Shown here: piece by piece, positions 12,236-22,744 of the stretch
Position numbering within the stretch: the stretch's first letter is position 1
Layout: every line of letters starts with the position of its first letter
Assembly (NCBI RefSeq): GCF_032062105.1
Contig: NW_026938926.1
Location: forward strand, 1 to 64,000
Source of the DNA: Saccostrea cucullata
Lineage: Eukaryota
Direction: 5' to 3'
Length of the DNA stretch: 64,000 nt
Notes under the pieces: model-generated
What the model was told of the DNA's origin: nothing
What the model saw: the letters and a program-made list of their open reading frames with translations, nothing else
Database searches by the model: none
Made by a program: the position numbers and the translations under genes

Positions 12236-13307
12236 TTATTTCTTAACACCTAAATGTTTAGGACAAAAAAATTTTAAATTTTTCAGAGCATTTTTTCGGA
12301 AGGCAGTAACCCCCATGCACCAGGCATGCCTCCAGAAGGAGCAATCCTTTACTTCACAACCCACCCACAGCTTGCTCTCCGATAGAGACTCTCCACAGAT
12401 CCGACAGCAAGACTCGTCAGCCGAATCTCCTCCGAAGGTTGATTCTGTCGTTTGGGTGCTGGCCTCTTTAAAAGTTGGCGATGAAGCCGATGTAAGATGT
12501 GCAGAAGACGTAGAGGGAGAAGATGGCAAAGTAGGCGATGCAGGGGCAGATGGAGAAGCAGAGGATGACGCACAGGACATTGATGTTTCAATAGTCGCGA
12601 CCTTGTGTACATAATTATGTTATATTATTATTAATTTGCATTGTTGTACATGTATATAAATTTAATATTTATTTAAATCAAATGTATAGATGACAGAGTT
12701 TTTCACAGTTGTACCTTTTTGAAATTTGGACTGGAATATTCATACACTATTCCTGAAGCAGGTGCCCTCATTGTCAGTGAAACCTCTGCTGAAGTTGCTG
12801 TATATATATCTTGAACCTGTGCCATGTTAAAAATCTTTTAAAACTATGACACCTTTTAAGAATGTACATATTTGTTTTTTAATGATATGATTTTTTAAAC
12901 TTTGATATAACTCTTTAAAAACTTTGAATGCATGTTCATAAATATATGCTTTTTTTTGTTTTTTGTTTGTTTGTTTGTTTGTTTTTTTTTTACATTTTCA
13001 ATGATTTTTATGATTCCATTACCATGATTATTAAAGAGTTATTAATCAAAATTTCGGTGCGTTTTTTTAATTAGGCGGTTAGTAACAAAGCTGGAATTAA
13101 AACAAAAAGTGTTTCTGATCGTGTAATTATGTAATATAAGATGTCTTGAACATGCTTTTGAATGAATACACACCTTTTCAAGAAGTGTATCCTTTCGTTT
13201 GTTGAAGGAGCGTATCATCTTTTTCTGGTCTGTTAATATTTTGGTGGGGTCCTTCTTTTTTTAATTTGTCTTAAAATGGTTACTTTGCCACCTCTTGTAG
13301 TTTTTTT
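12236..13307 (-). CDS. Transposon accessory gene: MADS-box-like domain, Ser/Pro-rich linker, PHD finger (3 exons)
   Basis: Exons 13307-13174, 12816-12715 and 12601-12236 have GT-AG ends and phase-0 joins. Product: KKTTRGGKVTILRQIK...MIRSFNKRKDTLLEK|VQDIYTATSAEVSLTMRAPASGIVYEYSSPNFKK|VATIETSMSC...CCRICGESLSESKLWVGCEVKDCSFWRHAWCMGV...FFCPKH. This copy has a 1-nt deletion in the A-run at ~13256-13262. The start codon is not resolved. Confidence 0.8.
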
Positions 13308-13397
13308 CTACACAATATGAAAAAAATGAATAGAGAATGCATTTATTGAAAATTTACACAAACGGCGCTCCGTATTAAAGTTTGAGCTTTCGACCGA

Positions 13398-13428
13398 AGT
13401 TTATATAGATCAAGAGATTTGATTGGCT
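13398..13428 (-). promoter_or_regulatory. Putative CCAAT and TATA promoter of the MADS-PHD gene
   Basis: Minus-strand AGCCAAT is followed ~20 bp later by CTATATAAAC, ~95 bp upstream of the first coding exon, firing inward from the right end of the element. Confidence 0.5.
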
Positions 13429-13734
13429 ACAATTGTTTTGAAGTAACCCGGATAATTGGAATCGAAAGTAGAATGTTTGGAGAAGGGGCTCCTCATGTGA
13501 ATTTTGAAGCATTTGGATTAATTGTAAGGTAATATTATGCAAAAATAATGGCCATAATCAGGATTTTACTTAGCATACCTGAAATTTGCACACCCAGGCG
13601 CACAAATTTCCACATGCAATGTTCCATTTTTTTATGTTTAAAGACACGAGGAACCTAAATTACTTACCACTCCTGTCATCTTAGTGCGCCGAGTTAAAAA
13701 GCAGGTGTAAATCGAAAAACACGAAAAGTAACTC

Positions 13735-13823
13735 CCATTTGGTCAGTTAACAATGTATACGATTTGGTTGATTGACCACCAAACGGGAGTGGATCAACCA
13801 AATGGGGGCGTGTGCCCAACCTG
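13735..13823 (-). repeat. Right TIR (~90 bp) of the Academ-like element
   Basis: Ends ...GTGCCCAACCTG and is followed by the CTAGT TSD. Confidence 0.92.
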
Positions 13824-14679
13824 CTAGTGGCAAACCTGACATGCATGGTTTTATGTATATGATGATCATGATGATGATGGTGATGATGACGATGAGGATG
13901 ATGATCGATGATACGGAGACGATCACTACATTGGGAAACGTTTGGCATTAATTCAAAAATTGAGACATTGATTGATAACTGAGATATATACCCGGGGTAG
14001 ATGTGTCGTTGATTGTTAATTGGTTACCAAGATAATTGTTTTTTTTTGGTTAACTTTTTAATAGTGAGCAAGGGGTGTGGATCAGAGTGCGGTAGATGGT
14101 GTGAGGTTTTTGCTATTATTATTATTTTTTTTTGTAAATAAATTTATTAAACTTATTGAACTTGTGTGATTCTTGGAGAAAGCCAGCTTGACCACGTGAC
14201 ATAATTCATCTCAAAATACATTCATTCGTAACCATTTATACTGAATAAATTTATCGACTATACAATCAATAGGAGAACAATTTATCGAATAGATTAACAC
14301 GTTTCTAAACCGGAAGTACATCGTATAGAAGAGTTCCAAAACTGTCAAACATGTGCCAAAAGAAGTTTAGACTGTTTACAGGTACCAAATCAATTAAGTA
14401 ACACTAAACAAACAACAATCACATACTTTTACGCACAGTAATAAGTTGCTATATATACGTAAGTTATAATCTACAAATGACCCACTTTACAAATCTCCTG
14501 TCAAACTCTAATTCAGTTCGAATTATCTCTGTCATGTTTACATTGCCAACATACTATGATACTACAATTTACTCTTGATTTCAAGTATTTATAAATACAA
14601 TTACATAACTTAGGTACAACTTTGCGAACAGCACATTCATAGTAAAACAAAATAAAACTTCTTGAATAAACAAACTTCA

Positions 14680-14923
14680 TCAACCCGCTCCAAATCACTA
14701 TAAAGCATGATAGCATATTACAGACATTGACTCTATTTGATAGAAAAATCAACCCGCTCCAAGCTCACACAATTACAGTAAAGTATTACAGTCATTGACT
14801 CAGCATGAATAAACACTATATTGTGGATTAAATAATCAACCCGCTCCAAGCTCACACAATTACAGTAAAATATTACAGTCATTGACTCAGCATGAATAAA
14901 CACTATATTGTGGATTAAATAAT
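14680..14923. repeat. Short tandem duplication (88-bp unit x2 plus a diverged partial unit)
   Basis: CAACCCGCTCCAA at 14681, 14750 and 14838; the last two units are nearly identical. Mirrored at ~47490-47731. Confidence 0.85.
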
Positions 14924-15635
14924 GAATGTCATATACCCTAACTACATGACATAAAAATTAAAAGGGGGGGGGGGGGTCACATACACTACAATTGGATAAT
15001 TTTATAAACCACATCTATTAAAAATCTTTTGTACAAATGATATCCATGAGTTTTTCATTTCTCTTTATCATGTTGTTTATGTAAATACATATATACTATT
15101 CTAGACAATTTTGTTTTCTTTTTCATTCACAAGTTTTGCCCAATATTTTTATCATTCTTGAGTAAATATTTATGTGTAATGGAAACCTTCCCAGTTTCTT
15201 TATAAATCATATAACTTGGGAGTGCTACTTTTCAAATTCATATATGTTTTAAATAATTAAAATGTACTCGTTCAATAATATCGATATGTGACTCGCCATG
15301 AGATTTTTGGCCCAAATGCGGCAAAACGTAATAATGAAAAAAACGTCACAATCAACGTTTACAAAAAAGCGTGAATTTCGCGCACTTGTTAAAATAATTG
15401 CAGGATGAATTTAAATTGTGTAATGTTTAAAGACTTTTTTATATAAACAAAAATAATAAGAAAATCGATCTTATTTTGATTTAAGTATTATTGAAAGTTT
15501 TCGAGGGAAAAAAATCGAGATTATTTAGAGTTATTCCCCGTAAGACTAACTCTTCTTTAGTTTCCGAGTTGTTGGTGTAAACAATCATGGCGTCTCGAGA
15601 AATGAGGGAGATTTAAACTGAATAGAATCGCCGGA

Positions 15636-18600
15636 ATGGAAAGCTGCAGCCAACTAAGCCAGTCAAGTGCAGTTTCTAATGCAAGTACAATCCCCCCGGA
15701 AATAGTAGAAAACGAAGATGAAGAATTTGTAAACGAAATAAATCGAGTGAATGACCTATATTTGGAACTTGTCAAACACATCGGATGTCGACCCGGAATA
15801 TCACTCTGATAACGCAGAGAGCTCTGACGAAAATGAAAGCGATGGAGAAATAGGAGATCGAGAAAATTTAGTACCAATAAGAGCAGAGTGAGGTAGATAG
15901 AATGAAATTGACCAATTTCAAAAGTTTAATTCTAAAACATGCGGTTGTTCTCGACTCTACGGAAAACCATGTAGTGAGGTCGTCGATTTAGAATCTTTGC
16001 TTGAATACAGAAACACGTGCCTGGAAATGAACAAGGAGGAACTAGATATGATGATCAAAGTGCAATTATTTCACCATCGGCGAAATGACAAAGTTACTAG
16101 TGCAAAGAAACATAGATCAAAAGAAAGGGAGAGAATCAGACAAGAATATTTTTTTAATGGACATCAAGTGTGTAGAGAAACATTTGCGTTTTGCCATGGA
16201 GTTTATAGGAAGACGGTGGACGCGCTTGCTCGTTCCCTTGATAAGGATGGACTCGCTCCTAGAATTCATGGAAACATTGGTAAACATCCAAAGCATGCCC
16301 TCACTGTAAATGATGTTCAATCTGTAAAAGATTTTCTAACATCTTATGGAAACAAGTTAGGTTTACCGTTACCAGGAAGACTGCCAAACTAAAGAGATAG
16401 TAGAGCTAAAGTGTTGCACTCTGATAAGACCAAGGCTGATATACATCAGGACTATTTGTTAGCTGCAGAGAGTCTACATTTGAGAAAGATATGTTTGTCA
16501 GAATTTAAAAGAGTTTGGCTGAATATATGTCCACATGTTCTAATTAGCAAGCCTTCAACAGACCTATGTTATAAATGCCAATCCTATGCGAATATCCTGG
16601 TTCATGGTGGCATGATGACAGAAGAGGAAAAGGAGCAACATCTTGAGAAATACACAGCTCATGTTGAAAAATCAAAGATGCAGAGGGATTATTACAGAAG
16701 GCAATGTGAAGTTTCTAAAACTAGCTTTTCTGCTCTTCCAAATGAGAGAAAAACCAGAGGTAACAATTTATTATATGATTCAAGTAATATTGTTTGAAAT
16801 TAGTTAATCATTTATGCATTAGTTCTGTTAAATTAGTGATTTTTCTTAATCAATTGGCTATTGATATTTTCCCTAGGTCAGCCCATCTGTTCTTTGGAGG
16901 GAACTCAACATTACAGTTTTGATTATGCCCAGCAAATACATTATCCACATTATGCGCAACAGGTTGGTCCTTTGTTCTTCAAAACCCCACGGAAATGCCA
17001 GTGTTTTGGAATCGGTTCAGAGGGTTCAGGTAATTTTTTAGAACGTCAAACACAAGACTACAATAGTCTAATTGATTTTTTAGCATTACTCTTTTAGTTC
17101 AATGATAGAAAATAAAATTTATAGATTCATGTACAAGTTTACTACTACTAGTCTAACAAATTTAATTTATAAAACAGACTAGGCAGTGCATTTAATTGGC
17201 TAATACATGCAACCTGTAAATTTAGAATTATATTTTAGAAATGCACCTTTTCATAAAAAAAAATTGAAGTAAAAGAATAATTAACTTTTTCAGTGCAAAC
17301 ATTTTTTTGTGAACTTTTATCCAGGATCACAGATATTTTACTTGATTGATGAGTCTCAGCATTCTGGAAAGGGGGCCAACTCTGTTGCCAGTATGATTCA
17401 CCACCATTTTCAACATAAAGGTTATGGAGAAATGAATTTACAACTCCATATGGACAACTGCACTGGTCAAAATAAAAACAACACTGTTATTGGGTATGTA
17501 TTTCCAATCCAACTGTCTATATTTTAACTACCATTTGTGTGGATGGTATTTTTGCAAAATTAATACAATAGGTGTCTTCATGTCAAATACATCCATGTTT
17601 ACATGTGGTACATGTAATGAAATACACTGGCAAAATTATTTTCAATTCATTTGTTCTCTTTGATTAGTTTAGTTCTGATAATGAAGTTCTTTAGAAGTGC
17701 ATTTAGAGATCTTGTCTCTTTTGAATTTTATTTTAAAAGAATGTCTTGTAGATATGGGATGTGGCGAGTTATGACCGGCAGACATATGACCATTGAGTTT
17801 TCTCTGATGGAGGCAGGCCACACAAAGTTTCATCCCGACTGGCATTTTGGGCTCTGGAAGGTGAAATGGCGAGGAACAACTGCAGAGAATCTTGAGGAAG
17901 TGGCCAAATCCGTTGCTCATTCATCTAGGAATAACCATAAATTCCCCACTTGATAGGATCCCCAGTATCCAGTCATTTTCTATGACTGGAGCACGTTTCT
18001 CAAGCAGTACTTCAAGCCAATACCTCAACTCAAGCAGTATCATCATTTTCGGTATGCATTATATTGCCTGTGTTTTTTAGCAATTAATTTATTGGAGGTT
18101 GAGTTATCACAGAACAACAAATGCACAGAGAGGCATAGATAAGATCTTCAAGTATACTGTAGACATACTTTTTTCCACGCTGTCATAATTCTGTGGAATC
18201 TTGATTTTTGTTTAATCTGCAGGTAGAAAATCATGTGGATTTCTTAACTGTCCCTATATATACCTTACATGTTTATTAAGTATGCTTGGACAAATTTCCG
18301 TGAAAAATTTGTGACCGCGTACATACCGTAAATTAATACCATACGAAAAAAGTACTTCTATGGTATTATATTTTTTTTTCATTTTATCTAATTTGGTCTG
18401 AATTTCATGACTTTAGTAAAACCAGCAAATTTCAGACCAAAACATCAAAATTAATTTAGTATTTTTCTTTATACCTGATCATCTTATTAAATATATATAT
18501 TTGGTGTTTGTTTGTCATATATTCTTTTATTTTCTTATGCTTGTATAATTTATCCCTCAATTAAAAATCTTTATGTTGTCAAATTAAAAAAAATTACATG

Positions 18601-19217
18601 AACATGTATACAAAAAAAAAAAAAAATCCCCAAAAGCAAACACCAAATACATCAGATTTAAGCCCATGTTGACAAATGCAAATTTTAAGTATAAGCATGA
18701 TAAGGTTATGAATTCTGTTAGCATTGAATTTTGAAAATTTTTGTATACATGTATGCTGCTAAAAACAGAACTGAAAAGAAATTCTTAACTAATTCTAACT
18801 GCCATGACTGTGCTCCTTCAATATCTTTTGCATTAAGCTGTCGATAAATATATTTTAAAAAAAACAATATATGTTGGAAGATCTAACATCTTTGACTTTT
18901 GCAGCATGACACATGAACATCCTGGAGTAGTCCATCTACGAAAGTATGCTGGAGATGAAGAAATTACTGTCAACATCCTGAAACACAAAGATTTCAGGTT
19001 TCCAAACATGGATGCCTCTCTTCCAACTGTTATTAAAGCATGTGGCCTTGACGCACAGCGACAGTGGTATTTATACGACGAGGTGGCCCCATACTGTGCC
19101 AGTCATGAGGCATGTCCCCGCCCAAGTGTACCAAAACCATCAGCCATAAAAGTTGAACAGAAAGTGAAATTAGGAAAGAGAAAATGTGCAAATGAACATT
19201 GTAACAAATCAATGTAA
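15636..19217 (+). pseudogene. Sola transposase, 5 exons, disrupted in this copy
   Basis: Approximate exons 15636-16759, 16877-17029, 17325-17493, 17752-18051, 18905-19217. Motifs HYSFDYAQQ, DNCTGQNKN and GHTKFHPD. Frameshifts near 15765, 15880 and 17945 and a stop at 16390, relative to the right-arm copy. Confidence 0.85.
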
Positions 19218-19399
19218 TTTACATGCTGTCATGGATGTTAAGAGTTTGATTTTATCTAGTTCTTAAAACTGTTATATTCTGTTGTATTAATTTGATCAAA
19301 CAATATGTGTTTCAGAATGAAATGACATCTATTTCAAATTGTGTTACTTCATTGCTTTTATGTAACTTTAAAGTCGCAGAAATCACCAATATCAGATAA

Positions 19400-19809
19400 A
19401 GCAAGATGTGTTCATGAAACACTATGTACCCAGTGGTCCCTAAGTTTGAAAAAACTATTTTTAGTATATAGGTCACAATCAAGGTGACAAGGTCATTAAC
19501 CTTGGTGTCATTTGAAAAAACTTAATTTAGTGGAGTACGCATAGAAAGTATGAAGTTTCTATCTCGTATTGTTAAAGATGTATTGCAAAGGTTAAAAAAG
19601 ACTATTTTTAGCAAATACAAGTAGGTCACAGTCAAGGTCACAAGGTCATTGGCCTTGGTGTCATTTGAAAGAGCTTGGTTACTGGAATATGCATACCAAA
19701 TATGAGGTTTCTATCTCTCATGGTTCAAAAGTTATGGCAAAGGTTAACATTTAAAGATAGACAGGACAAAAACAGTATGCGCTCCTGATCTACCGATCCG
19801 GGCGCATAA
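19400..19809. mobile_element. Small Helentron/HINE-like non-autonomous element inside the Sola 3' region
   Basis: Two ~150-bp units containing ggtcacaaggtcattgaccttggtgtcatttgaaa and a terminal hairpin-like gatc...gatc. Related sequence lies at ~33890-34125; mirrored at ~42603-43012. Confidence 0.5.
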
Positions 19810-20598
19810 CAACCAATTAGTAAAGTCCAATTTTCTTGACAATGAATAGGGATATCAAAGAAAAAACAACAGATAGTTGTTACTGGGGGTCATCTCTACT
19901 AGATAGTATAAAAATCTCATTTTCTCTCAGGTACCTCATTTGGGCCAAAATTCTCATGGCTTGTCATATTTTCATAACCCTATTTTTCACAGCCATATAA
20001 CAATACTGGTAAAACTACTTTATCAAACAAATTCAATTGACATTCGAAGGGGAGATTATATGCTTAATTTTACTATCACACCATACATCGCCTTTGGTGC
20101 TTGTTCGCTTAGGTGTTTTCTTGCTTTACACAACTAGCCTGTACGAGAAAATAAAATCCTCAAATAATTCAAATCCTTGACTACTTCTATGACACTGTAT
20201 CTTGTTTCTTTATATTCACACATAATTTTCATTTTTCACAATATTTGCAAAATTCATTTAATGCTCTCTAAAGATCTTCAGCAGTTTCCTCAAGAATTAC
20301 AGTATCATCGGCATAAAATAAAACAAACAGTTTCATTTTGAAGCCAAAACGCATTGCAGCTCGTTTCAGTTTTTTTTTCTTTTCATTTCGACATTTCCTT
20401 TGTTCAATACAGCATATTAAAACAATGTTTTTATTTTGTTTTATAAAAAACAATGACATCATTTTATGTTCAACTTAAGATTAGAAAATGTAAAATTTTG
20501 CATTCTAAAATATTGATCGATTAGACGCTTTTTAGGTGCTTTTTAATGTGTTTGTCTTTTTCCATTCTAACAATATACACTTTAAAACGTGACGTTTA

Positions 20599-21376
20599 AA
20601 CCTCAGTCACATTTCCAAAAACGACTAACGGCCGACGGGTTTTGAAGCAAAAATGGCAGTCGTCAGTTCATCGGCCGTTGTCTTGGCCGATTTTGACCTA
20701 TTTTTTTGTCGGCCGACCAATATCGTGTCCATCGGTCCAAGTTATAATTTTTCATGCGTCGGTGGCCGATTTCTTCAAGTGCAGTTATCCGTCGACCAAA
20801 CTTCGATCATCGTCCAACCATCGGCTGTCAGTTTATTAAGTCGGTCGTCCGTCGTTGGACAATAAAGGTGTTGAAAATTTCGACCGACGGTTAAAATCAA
20901 ACTGTAGCTCAGAGCTCGATGATTGTGAATATTTAACCTATTAATGATACATAACACAAACAAAATTTTGATGCATGGATTGATATAATTTTTTTGAAAG
21001 GAAATAACATAAATAATTAATCCGTAAGATATAGAGAAAAATCTTAAGCAGTCTTTGCTGCTTAGATATGCACCATTTGTCGTTTTTATGCAATTCCATA
21101 CAAATTTTGCATTGAGTCACAATTTTATAAGTTTCTGCCACTTTGCCTTGCTAACATAACTCACGTCACCTATCTGAATATAGATCTGTGAAAAATATTG
21201 CTGATTTCTAAAGAAAAAAAAGTTTTTGTGTTATTTATCCAAGTCATCCCTGTTCCTAGGAAATAATGTGACTGCTCCGTGTCGCCCGATACTGTGTCGG
21301 CCGATCCTGTTCTTTCAGCTGACAAGACCAGAAAAATTTAAGTCGCGCGACCATCGGCTTAAATGTGACCTAGGCA
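20599..21376. mobile_element. PIF/Harbinger-like non-autonomous element
   Basis: Imperfect TIRs (CCTCAGTCACATTT / AAATGTGACCTAGG), TTA on both flanks, and repeated CGGCCGA/TCGG subterminal motifs. Confidence 0.55.
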
Positions 21377-21424
21377 TTAGTTGTGACGCGGAGACACCCT
21401 TTATGTTTGAATCCAATTAAACAG

Positions 21425-21425
<1 letters not shown>

Positions 21426-21470
<45 letters not shown>

Positions 21471-21552
21471 CATTTTGTCCGTCGTCCGTCCGTCTGTCCG
21501 TCCGTCTGTCTGTCTGTCTGTCTGTCCGTCCGTCCGTCTGTAAACTTTTCAC

Positions 21553-21589
<37 letters not shown>

Positions 21590-22706
21590 TGACCAAACTT
21601 GGTACGAAGCATCCTTGGTTGAAGGGGATTTTAAATTGTGAAAATGAAGGGCCAAGTCCCCTCACAAGGGGAGATAATCAAGAAAAGACAAAAATAGGGT
21701 GGGGTCATTAAAAAATCTTCTTCTCAAGAACCACTGGGCCAATAAAGCTGAAACTTATGTGGAAGCATCCTGGGGTAGTGTAGATTTTAAATCGTTCAAA
21801 CCATGACCCCCGGGGGTTGGGCGGGGCCACAATGGGGAATCAAAGTTTTACATAGAAATATATAGGAAAAATCTTTAAAAATCTTCTTCTCAAGAACCAC
21901 TGGGCCAGAAAAGCTGAAACTTATATGGAAGCACCCTGGGTAGTGTTAGGTTCTAAATTGTACAAATCATGACCCCCGGGGATAGGGCGGGGCCACAATG
22001 GGGAATCAAAGTTTTACATAGAAATATATAGGAAAAATCTTTAAAAATCTTCTTCTCAAGAACCACTGGTCCAGAAAAGCTGAAACTTATGTAGAAGCAC
22101 CCTGGGGTAGTGTAGATTGTAAATTGTTCAAATCATGACCCCCGGGGGAAGGGCGGGGCCACAATGGGGAATCATAGAAATATATAAGAAAAAATCTTTG
22201 AAAATCTTCTTGTCAAGAACCACTGGGCCAGGAAAGATGAAACTCATGTGGAATCATCCTCAGGTAGTGTAGATTCAAGTTTGTTCAAATCATGACCCCC
22301 GGGGGTAGGGCGGGGCCACAATGGGAAATCAAAGTACTACATAGAAATATATAGGGAAAAATCTTTGAAAATCCTCTTCTCATGAATCACTGGGCCAGAA
22401 AAACTGAAACTTATGTTGAAGCACCCTGGGATAGTGTAGATTGTAAATTTTTCAAATCATGACCACCGGGGGTAGGGTGGGGTCACAATGGGGAATCAAA
22501 GTTTTATATAGAAATATATAAGAAAAATCTTTTAAAATCTTCTTCTCAAAAACCACTGGGCCAGAAAAGCTGAAACTTATGTGGAAGCTTCCTGGGGTAG
22601 TGTAGATATCAAATTGTTTAAATTATTATCATTGTGGTAGGGTGGGGTCACAATATGTATTACAAGGGGGAAATCTGGTTAAAAAAAAAAACAGAATGGT
22701 CAAAGA

Positions 22707-22743
<37 letters not shown>
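21426..22743 (+). mobile_element. Helentron-associated element (HINE/Helitron-N type) carrying about six ~166-bp satellite monomers (Cg170-like)
   Basis: 5' TTTTAGCTCACCTGAG with subterminal inverted repeat, (GTCC/GTCT)n microsatellite, monomers starting aaaatcttcttctcaagaaccactgggcc at ~166-bp spacing, and 3' CAGGTGAGCGATGTGGCCCATGGGCCTCTTGTT hairpin, inserted in a T-run. Confidence 0.9.

Positions 22744-22744
<1 letters not shown>

Larger units (their letters stand above)
6554..13823 (+). mobile_element. TIR DNA transposon, Academ-like, with two convergent genes (transposase plus MADS-PHD protein)
   Basis: TIRs at 6554-6644 and 13735-13823 (CAGGTTGGGCACAC...CCATTTGGTTGATCCACTCCCGTTT...). 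Direct repeat CTAGT at 6549-6553 and 13824-13828. Encloses two spliced genes. Confidence 0.9.
15288..19965 (+). mobile_element. Sola DNA transposon (probably Sola1), full length, 4.7 kb
   Basis: ~30-bp TIRs GTGACTCGCCATGAGATTTTTGGCCCAAATG / CATTTGGGCCAAAATTCTCATGGCTTGTC, flanked by ATAT, and encoding a DDD transposase. Confidence 0.88.
14990..20340 (-). mobile_element. Decayed non-LTR retrotransposon fragment (RT end and C-terminal region), split by the Sola insertion
   Basis: KLFVLFYADDTVIL...VLPVLLYGCE..GYEN (20340-19966) rejoins IDIIERVH...STP...TGRFPL (15287-14990) in frame once the Sola element and one ATAT are removed. Many stops. Clade (RTE-X or CR1/L2-like) is uncertain. Confidence 0.8.

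Noticed and set aside
12315-12614. Overlapping acidic plus-strand ORF and alternative minus-strand ORF 12349-12612
   Set aside because: Shadow frames of the Ser/Pro-rich PHD exon.
6554-13823. RAG1/RAG2-like (ProtoRAG/Transib) transposon, suggested by convergent genes, a 5-bp TSD, a His-terminated PHD, and YICPTC and GNES strings reminiscent of RAG1
   Set aside because: The catalytic motifs follow the Academ pattern (DGLPY, GHGH, RRNN, DFVLENLNRKSK). Gene 2 has no kelch repeats, and the TIRs lack heptamer/nonamer signals. Placing the termini at CACTAG leaves no TSD. The similarity is architectural only.
13694-13948. His-rich ORF (mirror 48463-48714)
   Set aside because: Produced by a (CAT/GAT)n microsatellite and runs across the transposon terminus.
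5971-14195. 13-bp direct repeat GCCAGCTTGACCA at ~5972 and ~14182 as a long TSD or PBS of a larger element
   Set aside because: Not conserved in the right arm (~56097-56110 differs), with no associated TIRs or paired LTRs.
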